NCBI RefSeq assembly: GCF_964355755.1
Contig: NC_092671.1
Coordinates: 20,522,001 to 20,586,000 of the forward strand
Source: Antedon mediterranea
Lineage: Eukaryota > Animalia > Echinodermata
DNA length: 64,000 nucleotides
Direction: 5' to 3'
The translations under genes were made by a program, and so were the position numbers. Under the pieces are notes generated by a model. That model made no database searches. It saw only the letters and a program-made list of their open reading frames with translations, and had not been told where the DNA came from. Shown here one piece after another: positions 28,269 to 40,843 of the stretch (the stretch's first letter is position 1; each line of letters starts with the position of its first letter).

Positions 28269-28568
28269 TAATAATAATAAAAGTTCATTCGTATATAGCG
28301 CTCTACAAGCAATCTTCTCTAAGCGCTGAACATTACCCCAGTCATTTTTTGGATCAAACACGTATGGAAACATACTCCCATAATGCAGCTAGTAATCAGC
28401 GCAAAGTTGTGTCTTGATGTAACCGGGTACCCATTTATACACCTGGGTGGAGAGAGGCAAACGTAAGTAAAGTATCTTGCCTAAGGATACAAGCAATGCG
28501 GCGAGAGTTGGATTCGAACCTCGGTCTCACGATCAGTAGTCCAACGTCCAACACCCTGCGCCACATGC
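28269..28568 (-). mobile_element. tRNA-derived SINE with conserved central domain and L2-like tail
   Basis: A box TGGCGCAG, B box GGTTCGAATCC, central CCACCCAGGTGTATAAATGGGTACC (CORE/Meta-type), tail AGCGCTATATAC...(TTA)n. Confidence 0.85.
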
Positions 28569-29184
28569 ATCCGTATGTGCCATATTTTTTAAGTCTTCAA
28601 CTTTCGATATTTTTTCAGTATTCAACTTTCGATAAACAATAATTGTTTTAGCGAGCACACATCAAATGACTGCATGCGTGATTGCCATTTCAAGCATGTC
28701 TGTCGAACATAGCAGAGTGAAAATAATATTTTGTCACACCCCCCACGCCTCGATCCGGTAGACCTGATAGATGGAAAATCTGTCTTTACTATTTAGCAGT
28801 GTAGCGGGACGATTCTGCCCTGAGAGAATTCGGCCTTGTGGTGATTCGGTCTAAAAATTCATCTCTGTATATTTTATCTTATGGCTTTGTTGGTCAAATA
28901 AATAATTGCATACAGGCTAGTCCCACTTGAACTCAAAAACATAATAAATCAAGCAATAAAAAAAATTAAAGGCAATACTGTTTATAAGACTTATGAAGAA
29001 TTTTCTACATACAGAATCTACAGAGTACTATAAAGGGTAACCAACTGCACTATACAAATATGAAGAAACGATAAATCACATTAGCAAAATATACCTTTGC
29101 AACATAAGACTATATAACACCGTAAGATATAAACAAAGAAAGAAAAAGAAGCTAAAGACCATGTTTTAGAGTATCGAAACATAC

Positions 29185-29202
29185 CTTTATCCGAATCAGA
29201 AT
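29185..29202 (-). CDS. TRAF3IP1: TRAF3IP1 candidate 18-nt micro-exon
   Basis: gtttttttcttcaattag|ATTCTGATTCGGATAAAG|gtatgt; phase 1/1, encodes DSDSDK in frame with both neighbours. Confidence 0.65.
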
Positions 29203-30639
29203 CTAATTGAAGAAAAAAACATATATAAAGCATTTTATATTAACCAAATTGATCATTCTTTGTATCAACAATTCATTCATTATAATGTAAAAAAGGAAAT
29301 GGCAATTATATAAAAATAAAAATACTGTACATTAATCCAGTCAAAAATCACATTCATGGTAACAAATTTCTGGCATGAGGTGGATACAAATTGCATATCT
29401 AATAAAATTTTCTGGCTAAATCCAAGATTTTTAACGACGTAACATCAAGAAATTCTGAACTGTACTGTGTAAGTTTCATTAGGGTACAAGCATATGCCAT
29501 GGTGAGGGTGGTTTTTGGAATGGACTAAATATATTTAACAATCATATCAGTAGTACACATTTTGTGTAAATATAGTCTGGCCTACTGTACAGAACAAAAA
29601 TAAAGTAAACTACATGGTTTTGGATTGATAAATATATATATTTTCGCGCCATGCCTTTAGGCAGCTATATTCCCAGAGGAGATAATCATAAAGAAGCTTT
29701 ATTAATGCGAAAGCTATATAGCTATGACTGAAACTTTTGAAATTCAGCTAATTTATACAGTAGGTCAAAGATATTGGACCCAAAAAACGTCTGGGAAAAG
29801 AGAGTCTATGAGGGCTCACGGTTGAACGAATTTGGATTCTCGTCCTAATTCTTTCTTTATTTTAATATTAATACAAAATATTAACAGGCATTGTATGATT
29901 TGTTTGCAATAATAACTTTTAATGCATTGTTATCCCAATCATAGGTGTGCTACAAATTGCAATCCTCAATACATTTAGGGGTGCTGTAGGTGTGCTGTTT
30001 GTATTTTCGTGTGTAGAAGTTTATTAAATTAAGGCGTGTTGTAAATCGCACTCCTCAAGGGCAGTTTAGGAGTGTGTTAGGTGAGTGATCGCACTCACTC
30101 GCCTTAAAAGACAAGGCCTGCATTGTTATCCCGTCTGTCTTTTATACATAATAAATTGTGACCATCTCTTATATTGTAATGAACCCAAATACCATAAGTT
30201 TGTACTTTCGAAAATGGGAGCCATATCGACCGATAGAATGAAAATTCAAAATTTAAAAATGGCCGCCACTAATTTCAAAATGGCTACCAATCTCAAAATA
30301 GCCATCAATCAAACCTACCAATTATATATTCAGTAGCTCCCATTGGATAGTTGCCATTAATTTTCAAGATGGCTGCTAATTTTCAAAATGGCTGCCAAAT
30401 TTTTAAATGGCCGCTGGCATATAGCGGCATGGGGTTGCGAGAGTTTGTCAGTGAGAGAGAGAAAAGTGAGGAATTGGAAAAGAAAGAAAAACGAATGAGA
30501 AACGAGAGGCGAGGGCTCACAAATTAGAATTGCGCACAAATGACCAACAAATATTAGAAATGCAGTTATGTTAAAAAATGTAAAATTAGAAAGAGGGGAA
30601 ACTCCTTGAGTTAAAACAGTTAACCCAATCACCAAAAGG

Positions 30640-31910
30640 CAATTGCTCGAACTCTCAATGAGGGAAAAGGTGACCTTGATTCCTATTTGAAACGATATGA
30701 AAGATAGACAGTCAGGGATGGAGTATTGAATACTGGGCTATAAATTTAAGTGCTTTTTTAATGGGTTATCTCTCGAAATGTATTCTGCAGGATACAGATT
30801 GTTACCGGACATTGAAAACCGCACTCCTGAAGAGATTTCAGTTAAAAGCAGATGGTTTCCGAAATAAACTTCGATTGGCGAAACCAGAGACAGGAGAAAG
30901 TGGACATCAATTCACAGCAAAGATAGGAAATTATATGACCAGGTGGATTAAATTGGCAGAAGCAACATGATTGACTGAAAGACCTTCTATTGATAGAGCA
31001 CTTTACTGATATGGATGTGGTCAAGAGGACATTAGGAAGAAATTATTTGGCCACAACTAGGCCTACCATTTAAACCAAATACTGGCCTTATAGATGTCAT
31101 GGAATGGGTCACTTAGCAAAACATTGTAGACAAGATGTAAATAAATGTGCTGGCTTACATAATCCATATACTGGTCCTGCTCAGGAGGAACCCAAGTCTT
31201 TAAATTCACAGCAGCAACAATCCAATGTTACAATTAACACTAATCATTTCCAAACCCTGGAAAATTGTGGTCATGAGTGCAACATGGAAGGGATCTGGTC
31301 CAGGAAGTATGTCTGTTTCACCTGGATTGGTTGGGCAACACAAGTCTTATAGGATATTGCGGCAGTAATTGAATCATCAAGTGCTCCATGTGCTTCTACA
31401 ATTGTTTTGATTAAAATACTGGAAAGCAAAAACTAACCAGTAAACCTATTCTTTGTCTCCAGAGTTAATTAAACCGTTTATTCTTCAGTTTCAGTTTTTA
31501 TTTTACAATATAAAACATAGTATAATGAATAAAATGCAAAAATGGAAGGATGACCAAAAAAGAGCAAAGCTCGTACAGTATTTGGCCACCTTAACAAAAT
31601 AATTAACATACGCTTGCGATGAGGGATTCGGAGTGGTACTCCTCTAAAGTTATGAAAACAAAAAATTCCCTGTGACCCTGTCCCTGCCAGCAAGAAGTTA
31701 CTACCCTGAGAAAAAACATATTCTATAATGGAGAAAGAAATTAGAAATGTTTATCAATAATCAATAATCTGGAGTGTATATAAGTTTGAAACATACCTAT
31801 ATGGTCGGGAGTTCACCTTAACTTGCTGGACACTGGTGCTTCAGCCACACAGGTTTCAAATTGAAGCAATCAAAGGTAGTGATAATGTAGGTGTGGATTT
31901 ACCTCAGTTT
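30640..31910 (+). mobile_element. Highly degraded Gypsy LTR retrotransposon (gag and pol fragments)
   Basis: LKTALLKRFQL..DGFRNKLR, zinc-knuckle remnant RCHGMGHLAKHC, RNase H end FQIEAIKGSDNVGVD. Confidence 0.75.
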
Positions 31911-33067
31911 ATGTAGTTAAACTTAATAGAAAATGTATATCCCCAGACATTGTTCTTGAATGGGAGATTTTAAAAGTGAATTAAAGTTGTGGTGGTACTT
32001 GATTGGTGGGGTATTATGCTAAGCCGAGAAAATAATGGGAACAAATGTACAGATATTTTGATGCCTACTTTAGCGATATTGTAGCCTGGTAATAAAAACT
32101 CCTTACTTATAAATTGAGTTTTCTTTTACTGCTGCTAATTGAGTTGTATCCGATTGAAAGGCTTGACTAATGGAATAACCAGAATATTTGGAAACCAGAA
32201 CACTTGTGAGTACAAGACAGCATTTTGGGAAGTGATAGATAGCTTAGATTACAGTACAGTATATTGAAATTGAATGGGAAGAAGAGGAGCTGCGATGCTT
32301 ACCTACTAGTATAATGACACATCAGTAAATCTGAGACTGTTATATAAAAAGGACGGTTGCAGAAATATGTTAAGAACAATAATGTACAGAGTGTGAATGA
32401 AATAGCCACCTCATTGTTATGGGATGTGCAAGATTATTGAAGGTGATCAATATCTAGGGATGATTGAGGTAGTATTTATTCGTTTATTGTTACCGGTTAT
32501 TTATTTATTAGATGTTATTGGATGGTTAAATGTGAAACTTTATTGGAATGCTCGCTTGAGCGTGAGATATAAATGTTGAAAACCAAAATAAAAAAATTAA
32601 AATAACCATAGAAGCTCTTCACGCCTAAAACTTATTAAATTTAAATGAACTGATGGACCGATTTTTCAATCAAGCATTGTATATGTTAAATAATTTGTAA
32701 ATTTTGTATAGTAAGCTCTTTTATTTTAAAATTCAAACAAAATTATAGGCTAGATTTAACATTGTATTCGTATTTGTTGCCAATTTGTCACAAAAAGGAA
32801 ACAATGTAGAGTTTAAAATAGTTCTACTATAGTACATCGGCAATGGTGCCTAAGCCTCGCCGCCACATGTGGGATAACAGGAATAACACAGTACAATTTT
32901 CACTGAAATATTATAACATAACACAAAATAAACCAAATGATATTCAACATAGATATACAATATTTAATTCTTGTTGTTGTTTGAAAACAAATAAGAACAC
33001 TGTATTTATTTAAAGAGAGATTATTTACTTAATTTTAGTTTAAAACACAAAAATGATCAATACACAC

Positions 33068-33146
33068 CATCAGTATCTCTCATTGGTCGACTTCTTTTTC
33101 CCTTGGCAGAGGATGGTCTTGGCATTCGGCCACTACCTTCTTTAGA
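33068..33146 (-). CDS. TRAF3IP1: TRAF3IP1 exon
   Basis: ttttatag|TCT...G|gtgtgt, 79 nt, SKEGSGRMPRPSSAKGKRSRPMRDTD, phase 0/1. Confidence 0.85.
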
Positions 33147-35049
33147 CTATAAAAATATAAAATTTGAACAACTAATTATTTGTTATTAAATTACAGGATG
33201 TACTATTTAATAAAATTTAAAAATAAACCAGGCAAAGAAACAAAGAACAATAATAAATCAAATTGTAAAAGCTGTACCAATTGTAAAAATATTTACAATT
33301 CAACATAATACAAAAGACAAGTAACAATAGAAAATGTGAAATAAAATGTTTCAATGTATAAATAAATATTTTTCTCAAAACCATTATTCCATATTAGTGT
33401 TTTGATTAAAATCACACAGCGAAAAAAAAGTATTATACCGTAATTATCCGAATAAACGTGAGATGTTTTAGAGAGGCATTTATTTGTTAAATAAATACCC
33501 TCCACATATGAAAATAGTAAAAATTGTAAATCATGTCAATCAATGAATTCTCCTACAAATAAAAATGCCTTAAGAATGGTGTGACCCTTTGATTAACTAA
33601 TTCTAATTTCCTTAACTCAAATTCCCTTTGCATGTCTATTTTTCTGCTTTACAAAATATTTCTTGTTCCAACTAGATTCTAGACACCTCATTCCCCGCAG
33701 TTTTTACAGATTCTTGACTAATTAATCCAACATGATTTCCAATCACATTTATCAAATCATATCTATTCATGGAACCATTTATAGATGCTCCAACCTTAGC
33801 ACAGTAGGAGTTGCAACTGCTCCTCTGATAGCTGAGTGAGCTACCACCTCAATGGGCATGCTATCCAAAAATGTCCTTGTCAAAATCACTTTCTGACATA
33901 GGTTTTAAATATGACGATGATTAAGGCACCATCAATAAAATACCTGCCAAGAATACACAGTATCAAACCGTGCACCATATTTTTATAGTACATTTTAAAA
34001 CCCAGTTTTATTACATTTTTAGATACCAATCATAATGATCAATACTATAATGGCAAAAACTACTGGCCCAAAAAGTATAATATATGTAGACTCGTACGAA
34101 AAAAGAACAGCTTCCACCGTATTTAATTTTGGTATACGAGCTAAGTAAATAATTGAGGTGTTGTACATGGAAGATGTCAGTGGCTGCTTATAGTCCTGTG
34201 TGATGAAGACTATTACTATTATTAAAATTTAATTGCCTTAAACATTAACGTGTATATGATCATTTCACTGAATGAAAAAATAAATGGAAAACGATCATAC
34301 GTCATTGTTGCGGCAAAAACACGTAGCTATTATAAAGGAACGTCTGCCAAAATGTTTATCGGCTAAATAAATTTAATATTATATATTTAATAAAACAAGG
34401 CCATGTACATGGCTGCAGTCGCATGCTCAAGTCGACTTTGATGGTGGATTGACGTCAGGCCGGGTGACGGTAATAGGATATTACTGGATTCGTAATGTGA
34501 AGGTTGTAAACTCCATTGGTAAACAACCCTAGTGTGTTTGCTGGTGAAGAACAGCAAATTAACGGTTTGTTGATCATAATATAAACTAAATTATTATTAT
34601 TGTACTGTAATTTTTGTCCCGCTTTCATATACATATACATAAATAATAAATGAGTAGCGATATTTCTACACGCCAATGTTCTGTTTGATAATAAAACATG
34701 TTAAAGAGTATAGCATGTTATTGAATGTTGATTTAAAATGGAATTAAGATGCGTAAAGAGTGAGCTGCTGGTCATTTTGAAACACATATTCAAAGTAATC
34801 AATTAAAAATAATATTTACAAAATTTCTTTTCTATATAATACAAGCACAGTATTGTTGGAACATCTAATTAAAACACTAATGTACATAAAAACATACTTT
34901 CCCTATTTACTTTAGTGCAGCCTTTTTAACATTAATTTGAATCTTATAATTGTCCAACAAAATTTTCTTCATTTGAATTTATAATAAGTTGATTTAAAGC
35001 ACATGGTAAAGAACAGCAAGAAAATATAAAACAGAAACAAGTAATAGTG

Positions 35050-36600
35050 GTAAAAAAGAATAACAAATGCTTGGTAAATTGTAGATAACAGTGCGATAAA
35101 TTCGACTAAAAATAGTATCATTGTGTTGAACTTTAAATATATTTAGAATACAATATTGTGTGTATAAATGTGGATGGGCGTTTATTAGATAGTTGGGTTT
35201 TGGGGGTGGGAAGGCGGCGGAGCGATTATTATTCAAAGTGATGTTTTATTGGGGAGGCGTTTATTAAAATAAATAACAAAAATGCTTGGTAAATTGTAGA
35301 TAGCAGTGTGATAAATTCTACTACAAATACTATCATTGTGTTACCATTGTGTGTATAATTGTGGATGGGCGTTTAGTAGATAGATTATTATTCAAAGTGA
35401 TGTATATTGGGGAGGCGTTTATTAAAATAAATGTCATCCTAATAATGAATACATTATTTAATTTAAACATCTTCCGCGGCAAGAAGACGTTTAGACGGCT
35501 TGCAACATGGGCAGACATCCCGGTCCTAACGGGACACAGACAGCCTACAGTTATTCCTGCCAGCTTACTCAATAAAACTCGGCTATCGGGATTTCATTTT
35601 TAAACAAAATGTCTTATCATCAGATCTCCCTATGTAATTTATAATACTATTCCCCACAATATATTCCGATGCTTTATGGCGTATATTTAATTTGATCTTT
35701 ATTAATTTGCAGTGTAATTTTTATGCTTTAAATACCGAACCTTCCAATCCGAAAATAAACCAAAAACTAAAATGGCTATATAGCTAGGTTCCAGGACGAT
35801 TCGGCCCGGGACTATTCGGCCCAGTTTTGGTGGGACGAAACATCCCACTTTGTGGGCCAAAACGTCTCACTTTTGACCAAATTCATATTCATTTTTTTTT
35901 TGGTATTTATCAAATTTTTAAAGGTGTTTAACAATCCGTATTTTATTGATATTGAGAATGTTAATATAATATATATAATAAATTACTTGAAAAAGGTAAT
36001 TTTATATTCAATTTATTACTTCGAAAACCTTGTTTATTTCGTGAATTTGCCAAGCGGCCAACAGAGGGCATAACTTGTTTACATCGTTCGATCGCGTGAC
36101 TAAAAAATGATTATTTTCAACAATGTTTTCAAAATATTTGCTTTATTGCATCTTTATCCCTAGTAGTACTACCCCATAGTCTCTCTGAAAATAAAGTTTG
36201 GGGAAAAGCTTATTTTTTGCTTATAAAATGCTTCAAAGTCGATAAATTTAAGTGTGCCGAATCGTCTCAGGGGCCGAATCGTCTCGACTTAGTTGAAACC
36301 AAGAAGTTGCAAGGTGAACATGTGAACTTATCGTGAACCAGGAAATTACTTCGACTCGCGTACAATTGAAATTGAATTGAAAATATACTGATGAAATAAA
36401 AAATGTTGTTATAAAACCATTTATTATATCTTCCTAAGATAGAAATATGAAACAATAGCGTAGTACTGAAAACTAATCTTATCAAATCTATGTTTTGCGG
36501 TACATCTAAGATAGAAGGTACCGTATGTATCCAAGTTTATACCGAAGTTTTTCCATTTTCCTCGCCTATGTCAGAATTAATCATAATTTATATATAGATT
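35050..36600. repeat. Dispersed repeat, paralog of 57075-58040, containing an insertion at about 35790-36285
   Basis: Colinear similarity; the insertion has GACGATTCGGCCC/GGGCCGAATCGTC inverted ends (ISL2EU-like, tentative). Confidence 0.7.
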
Positions 36601-36754
36601 TGTCAAGACAGAAATAACAATTTTTCATGCCATGATTTTTGCATTTTTGAAATTCTTCCAAAAGCGCCAATTATGATTTCAAAAGCCAGTTCTTGGTATT
36701 TTCTAACTTTTTTTTCTCTCTGTTTATGATGTTTTGGTCAGCTGGCACAGCTTT

Positions 36755-37662
36755 GTTAACCAATGTCCACTCATGTGTGGGCCTACATTTCATTACAATA
36801 ATATCAGGTTGATTGTGTTTTTAATTTCTTATCAGTGTGAACTGTCATGTCCCAAGTAATTTTTATTTATTCTCTGCTGCTAATATCTGATTGTCATAGG
36901 CCTACCATTTGTCAGTACATTCTATTCCATATTTTCTGCAAATCTTCCAGTGTACCCGCAATGCTACCTTGTCATGATGCTCTCTACACTTATCTGGGTT
37001 AGCATCATGCATCCACTGATAATGTGTCTTACAGTTTCAGTAGAGTCTCCACAAAATCTACGTAACAGTGTTTCTGAAATCTTTATCTATACTGTATTTC
37101 ATCTTTATTATTTTGTTCTTGAGCAGCTACTATCAAACCTTCTGTCTCCTACAAAAAATCATTTATAAGCCATCTCCAAGATTTTTCAAGTGATGTTTGC
37201 CGCACAAACTCTCCATGCAAGGTTTTCTCTTTCCAGGCCTTGATTTTCTCCTCTTGCCACATCTTCTGATAAGATTTTCTTTTTCACCTTCTTCAAAGCA
37301 GGTTGTAGCATCCACAATATTTTTTAGGTAGCCATGTAATGACTTCCTTACACAGTCCCCAATGCTGATAAAGCCCTCTTCCTCCATCATTCCTCGGTAA
37401 GTCTTATAACGTTACTTTTGGTATGCATACTTCAATTCATTGCCATAATTTGTCTAGTTTGATTAGGACAAACAGAAACAGTTAAGTGATAGTGAGTGTC
37501 CTTGGAAAATTCCTCTTTTGATGTCCACTTGCCCGATATCTGTTCCGCTTGATGTCAGTACCGTTTTCCAATTTGACATGCTATTCCTTATCACAGATAT
37601 CATGTTCTTCGCTCCGTCAACCATCTCTAGACATTTGAGAATCCATGAATCTGGTACCATGT
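36755..37662 (-). mobile_element. Degraded R4/Dong-type (RLE) non-LTR retrotransposon fragment
   Basis: MVPDSWILKCL, RGIFQG, GRGL, FCGDSTETVRHIISGC, RHDKVA, NQPDIIV. Confidence 0.8.
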
Positions 37663-39200
37663 TGTAACACCAGTGGCGTCACTTGGCGAGCATCACTTGG
37701 TTGGGGGACAGGGGCTGCCATTCTATTGTAATTTTAGGCCATTTTAATCAGATTTAGTGGAGACAAAAATGTAAATAAAATACTGTGTGCATTGTGCAAA
37801 ACACATTGCATGAGGTCTGATGGTATTCATGACGGTGTTCAATTTAAAAAATAAAGTGACCTTTAATGTTCAGAATATACATATCTATATTTGGTCATAC
37901 TTTTAGTGAAAAAATTACTGAAAATGCTTTTACTGACCTTTGGCACCCCAAAAGGAAGCTAAAAGAATTTAAATTAAATATTAAGTGGATTTTAAAAATT
38001 TGTGAAAAGCGTTTTAACGTTTTCTCTAATGTTGGTTCTACAATTTAAACTTTCATTTTCGAAAATTACCTGATGCTCATTGAGAAATCTTTATAGAGTG
38101 TCATTTCCGACGAACTAAGTGTCATTTATTGTGAATTTTACGTGCGAAAGAACCATTTCCGGCCCTCTACAGGTGTCATTTAACAAAATTCGCTTCGCAA
38201 ATACTCGGTATCTACGGCCGGTCCTGGACTCTTGGGCAACCCCCTTAAAATACAGTAGTTCTGCGACTGCCCCTGAGAGCAAATATAAATATGTAAATTC
38301 TGAATATGGCTGTGAAAAAATGAACTCTCTTGCATTAGTGGTTTTCAAGATATGGGATGACTGTAATATCAATGCATATTTGTTTCATTCAGTAAATATA
38401 AATATATGTACTGTACATTCTGAATAAATAAGTAAAAAAATCTCTCTCCGGACTAATAGTATTTGAGATAATGGTAACCCTGTAATATTCACCCTAATTT
38501 GTATATTTAAGCTTATTTAAGCTAATTTCCCTATCAGAATGACTGACAGTGATGTAAAGCTCCTCATGATATGTGACCATTTAAAAAAGAACTAGATTTG
38601 AACTCGTCACTATGGATGAGTTAGGTTATCCGCCGTGAAGGCAGTCATACGTTAGAATATTGCGCACAGAAAAACAATTATGCCATTGTGACTTGATGAA
38701 AATAAGATGTTAGTGTGCCCTCTATACACTAATATTAAATGGTGCAATGATAATTACCTTAAGATAATTTTTATTTAAATTAAAGAAATTATATGGGATT
38801 TTAAACGTGTTTATGAAACCAAATAGTTGAAGAAATTAGGTTTAATGTCCATAAATCAAAATGGCTGTTTATAATACAATATTTTTCTATATATCAGGTA
38901 AAGTCAGACAAATTGAAAACATATGATGTGATTACATTCTCCAAATCACACCTCGGTCACACCTTACATATAACATATGCAAATTAGCTAAAATACGCAA
39001 ATTAAGGGTAAAATATAGGGTACCCATAGAACGCCAACCGCTTAGTGTAGAGAGTTAATTTTTTTCCAAAATTTTTCAGAATATATATTTCTTATGGAAC
39101 CTGTTGCCTAAAAATGACCAGAAATGCCGTAGTTGACCTTATTTTCAACTGATTAGGTAATTTTCACAGGATTTACTACGTATTTCCATAACTACTATAG

Positions 39201-39772
39201 TACCCCTTTCACACCAAAACTCCGGAGTGATCTCCGGAGACACCCCAGGGTTTATGACCATTCAAATAGTCGAGAAACTCCGGAGATACCCCTTTCACAC
39301 CAACCCTAGCAACACCGGGGTTTATAAAATAAAATTGTAAATGTTGCCTTCTATTTTGTTTGTTTACATAGCAACGATCATTAGAATCATTTTAATTAAT
39401 AATATTTTTAATTTAATAATTACTTTCAAAAGTCTCAGAAGTAATATAATGTTTTATTGATACTACTTATTATTTTCTAGACCCGCTATATATTTTGTAC
39501 AAATATTTAAAGTATTTTGAAATAAAACTAAAGCAATAAATAAGTAATCGTGTGAGGATGACCTTTTGACCTAAAACTCTGGAGTTTTGATGTTGGTACC
39601 TTTGACACCAAAACGCTGGGGTGTCCCCGCAGTTCGCTCTCCAGAGAATGTTCAGCTTTTCAACCCCGCAGTTTTAAACTCCGGAGTTGCTTGATTTTAC
39701 CTTTCACACCAAAACAGCGGGGCGTCAACTCCGGAGTGTCTCCGGAGTTTTGCTTTTGGTGTGAAAGGGGTA
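39201..39772. mobile_element. MITE with repeated TTTCACACC and CTCCGGAG motifs
   Basis: TACCCCTTTCACACCAAAA / TTTTGGTGTGAAAGGGGTA termini. Confidence 0.85.
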
Positions 39773-40843
39773 TTAGTTAGGTAGAAACTTTATTTTAGTC
39801 TCAATACTTTCACACATGATGAAGGGATGGAATTCAACACCTTGGGAACATTGCAAATTAGCTCAGCTGAAATATGCAAATTAAGTGTTACAAATAGACA
39901 AATCTGCTAGTTGTAGAGTTAAGTTTTTTTCTCGAAATGTTCAAAATATGTAGGTTTAATTCTAATTCTTATGAAAAAGTTTGTCCAACATGACCAGACG
40001 TGCTGTATTCAAAGGATTTATGTAACTTTCAAACAGGATTTATGTATGACCATAACTACTCTAGGTAGAGCCTTCATTTTTCATTAACATCAAGCAAGCA
40101 AGTATATGATGAAGATCCATCTTGTAGTTTTGATGTATGGCTTAAAATCATCATCAATAATAAAAGTTGTTCCATGACCACATATAATATCTATATAGTG
40201 GTTTAAATGTGGTAAAGATCTGGCTTGTAGTTTTGGTGTATAATAACAGGTATCCCAATGTAAAAATTCAAATTACTGATGGTACTTCTTCTGTCAGTTA
40301 ATCACAAGGAACTTACTGAACATAAACTTTTGCAATTTAAATGATTGAAATCTGATTATCCATTCAAAAGTTATGGTTGGATTATATTTATATTTGGAAC
40401 CATTTATGAAGGGTTATAACGTTTATATTAATAGCTTTAAAATTCTTATTTTTGCCAAATCCATAGATACAACAGAGTTGTACAAGACTATTTTTTTGGG
40501 GGGTCCTCGACACTTTTTTCACGCTGCTGCTCTAGCCCGCTACGTCACACGAGATGACTCATTTATTAGATGAAATCAAGCAGCAGTTATAGTACTACAC
40601 TTTGACATTTTTGCTAAAATGGAAACTCAACTATAATTTATAAGTACCAGCTGCATTTCTGGTATTTATGAGTCCCATGACAATACTGTATTTCGCTGTC
40701 AGATAATCATTGAATTATTATCAAAACAGTCCATGAAAGTTTTTGTTTGTAATATGATACTTCACACTTGAAGTATCTAAGGTGTGATGAAGTGACCCCC
40801 AGACTTGACATTAGCAATAAAATAAACTAAATTGAGTCCGTTT

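Noticed and set aside
37671-38275. Complete hAT MITE (CAG...CTG)
   Set aside because: The ends resemble hAT termini but no 8-bp TSD could be found.
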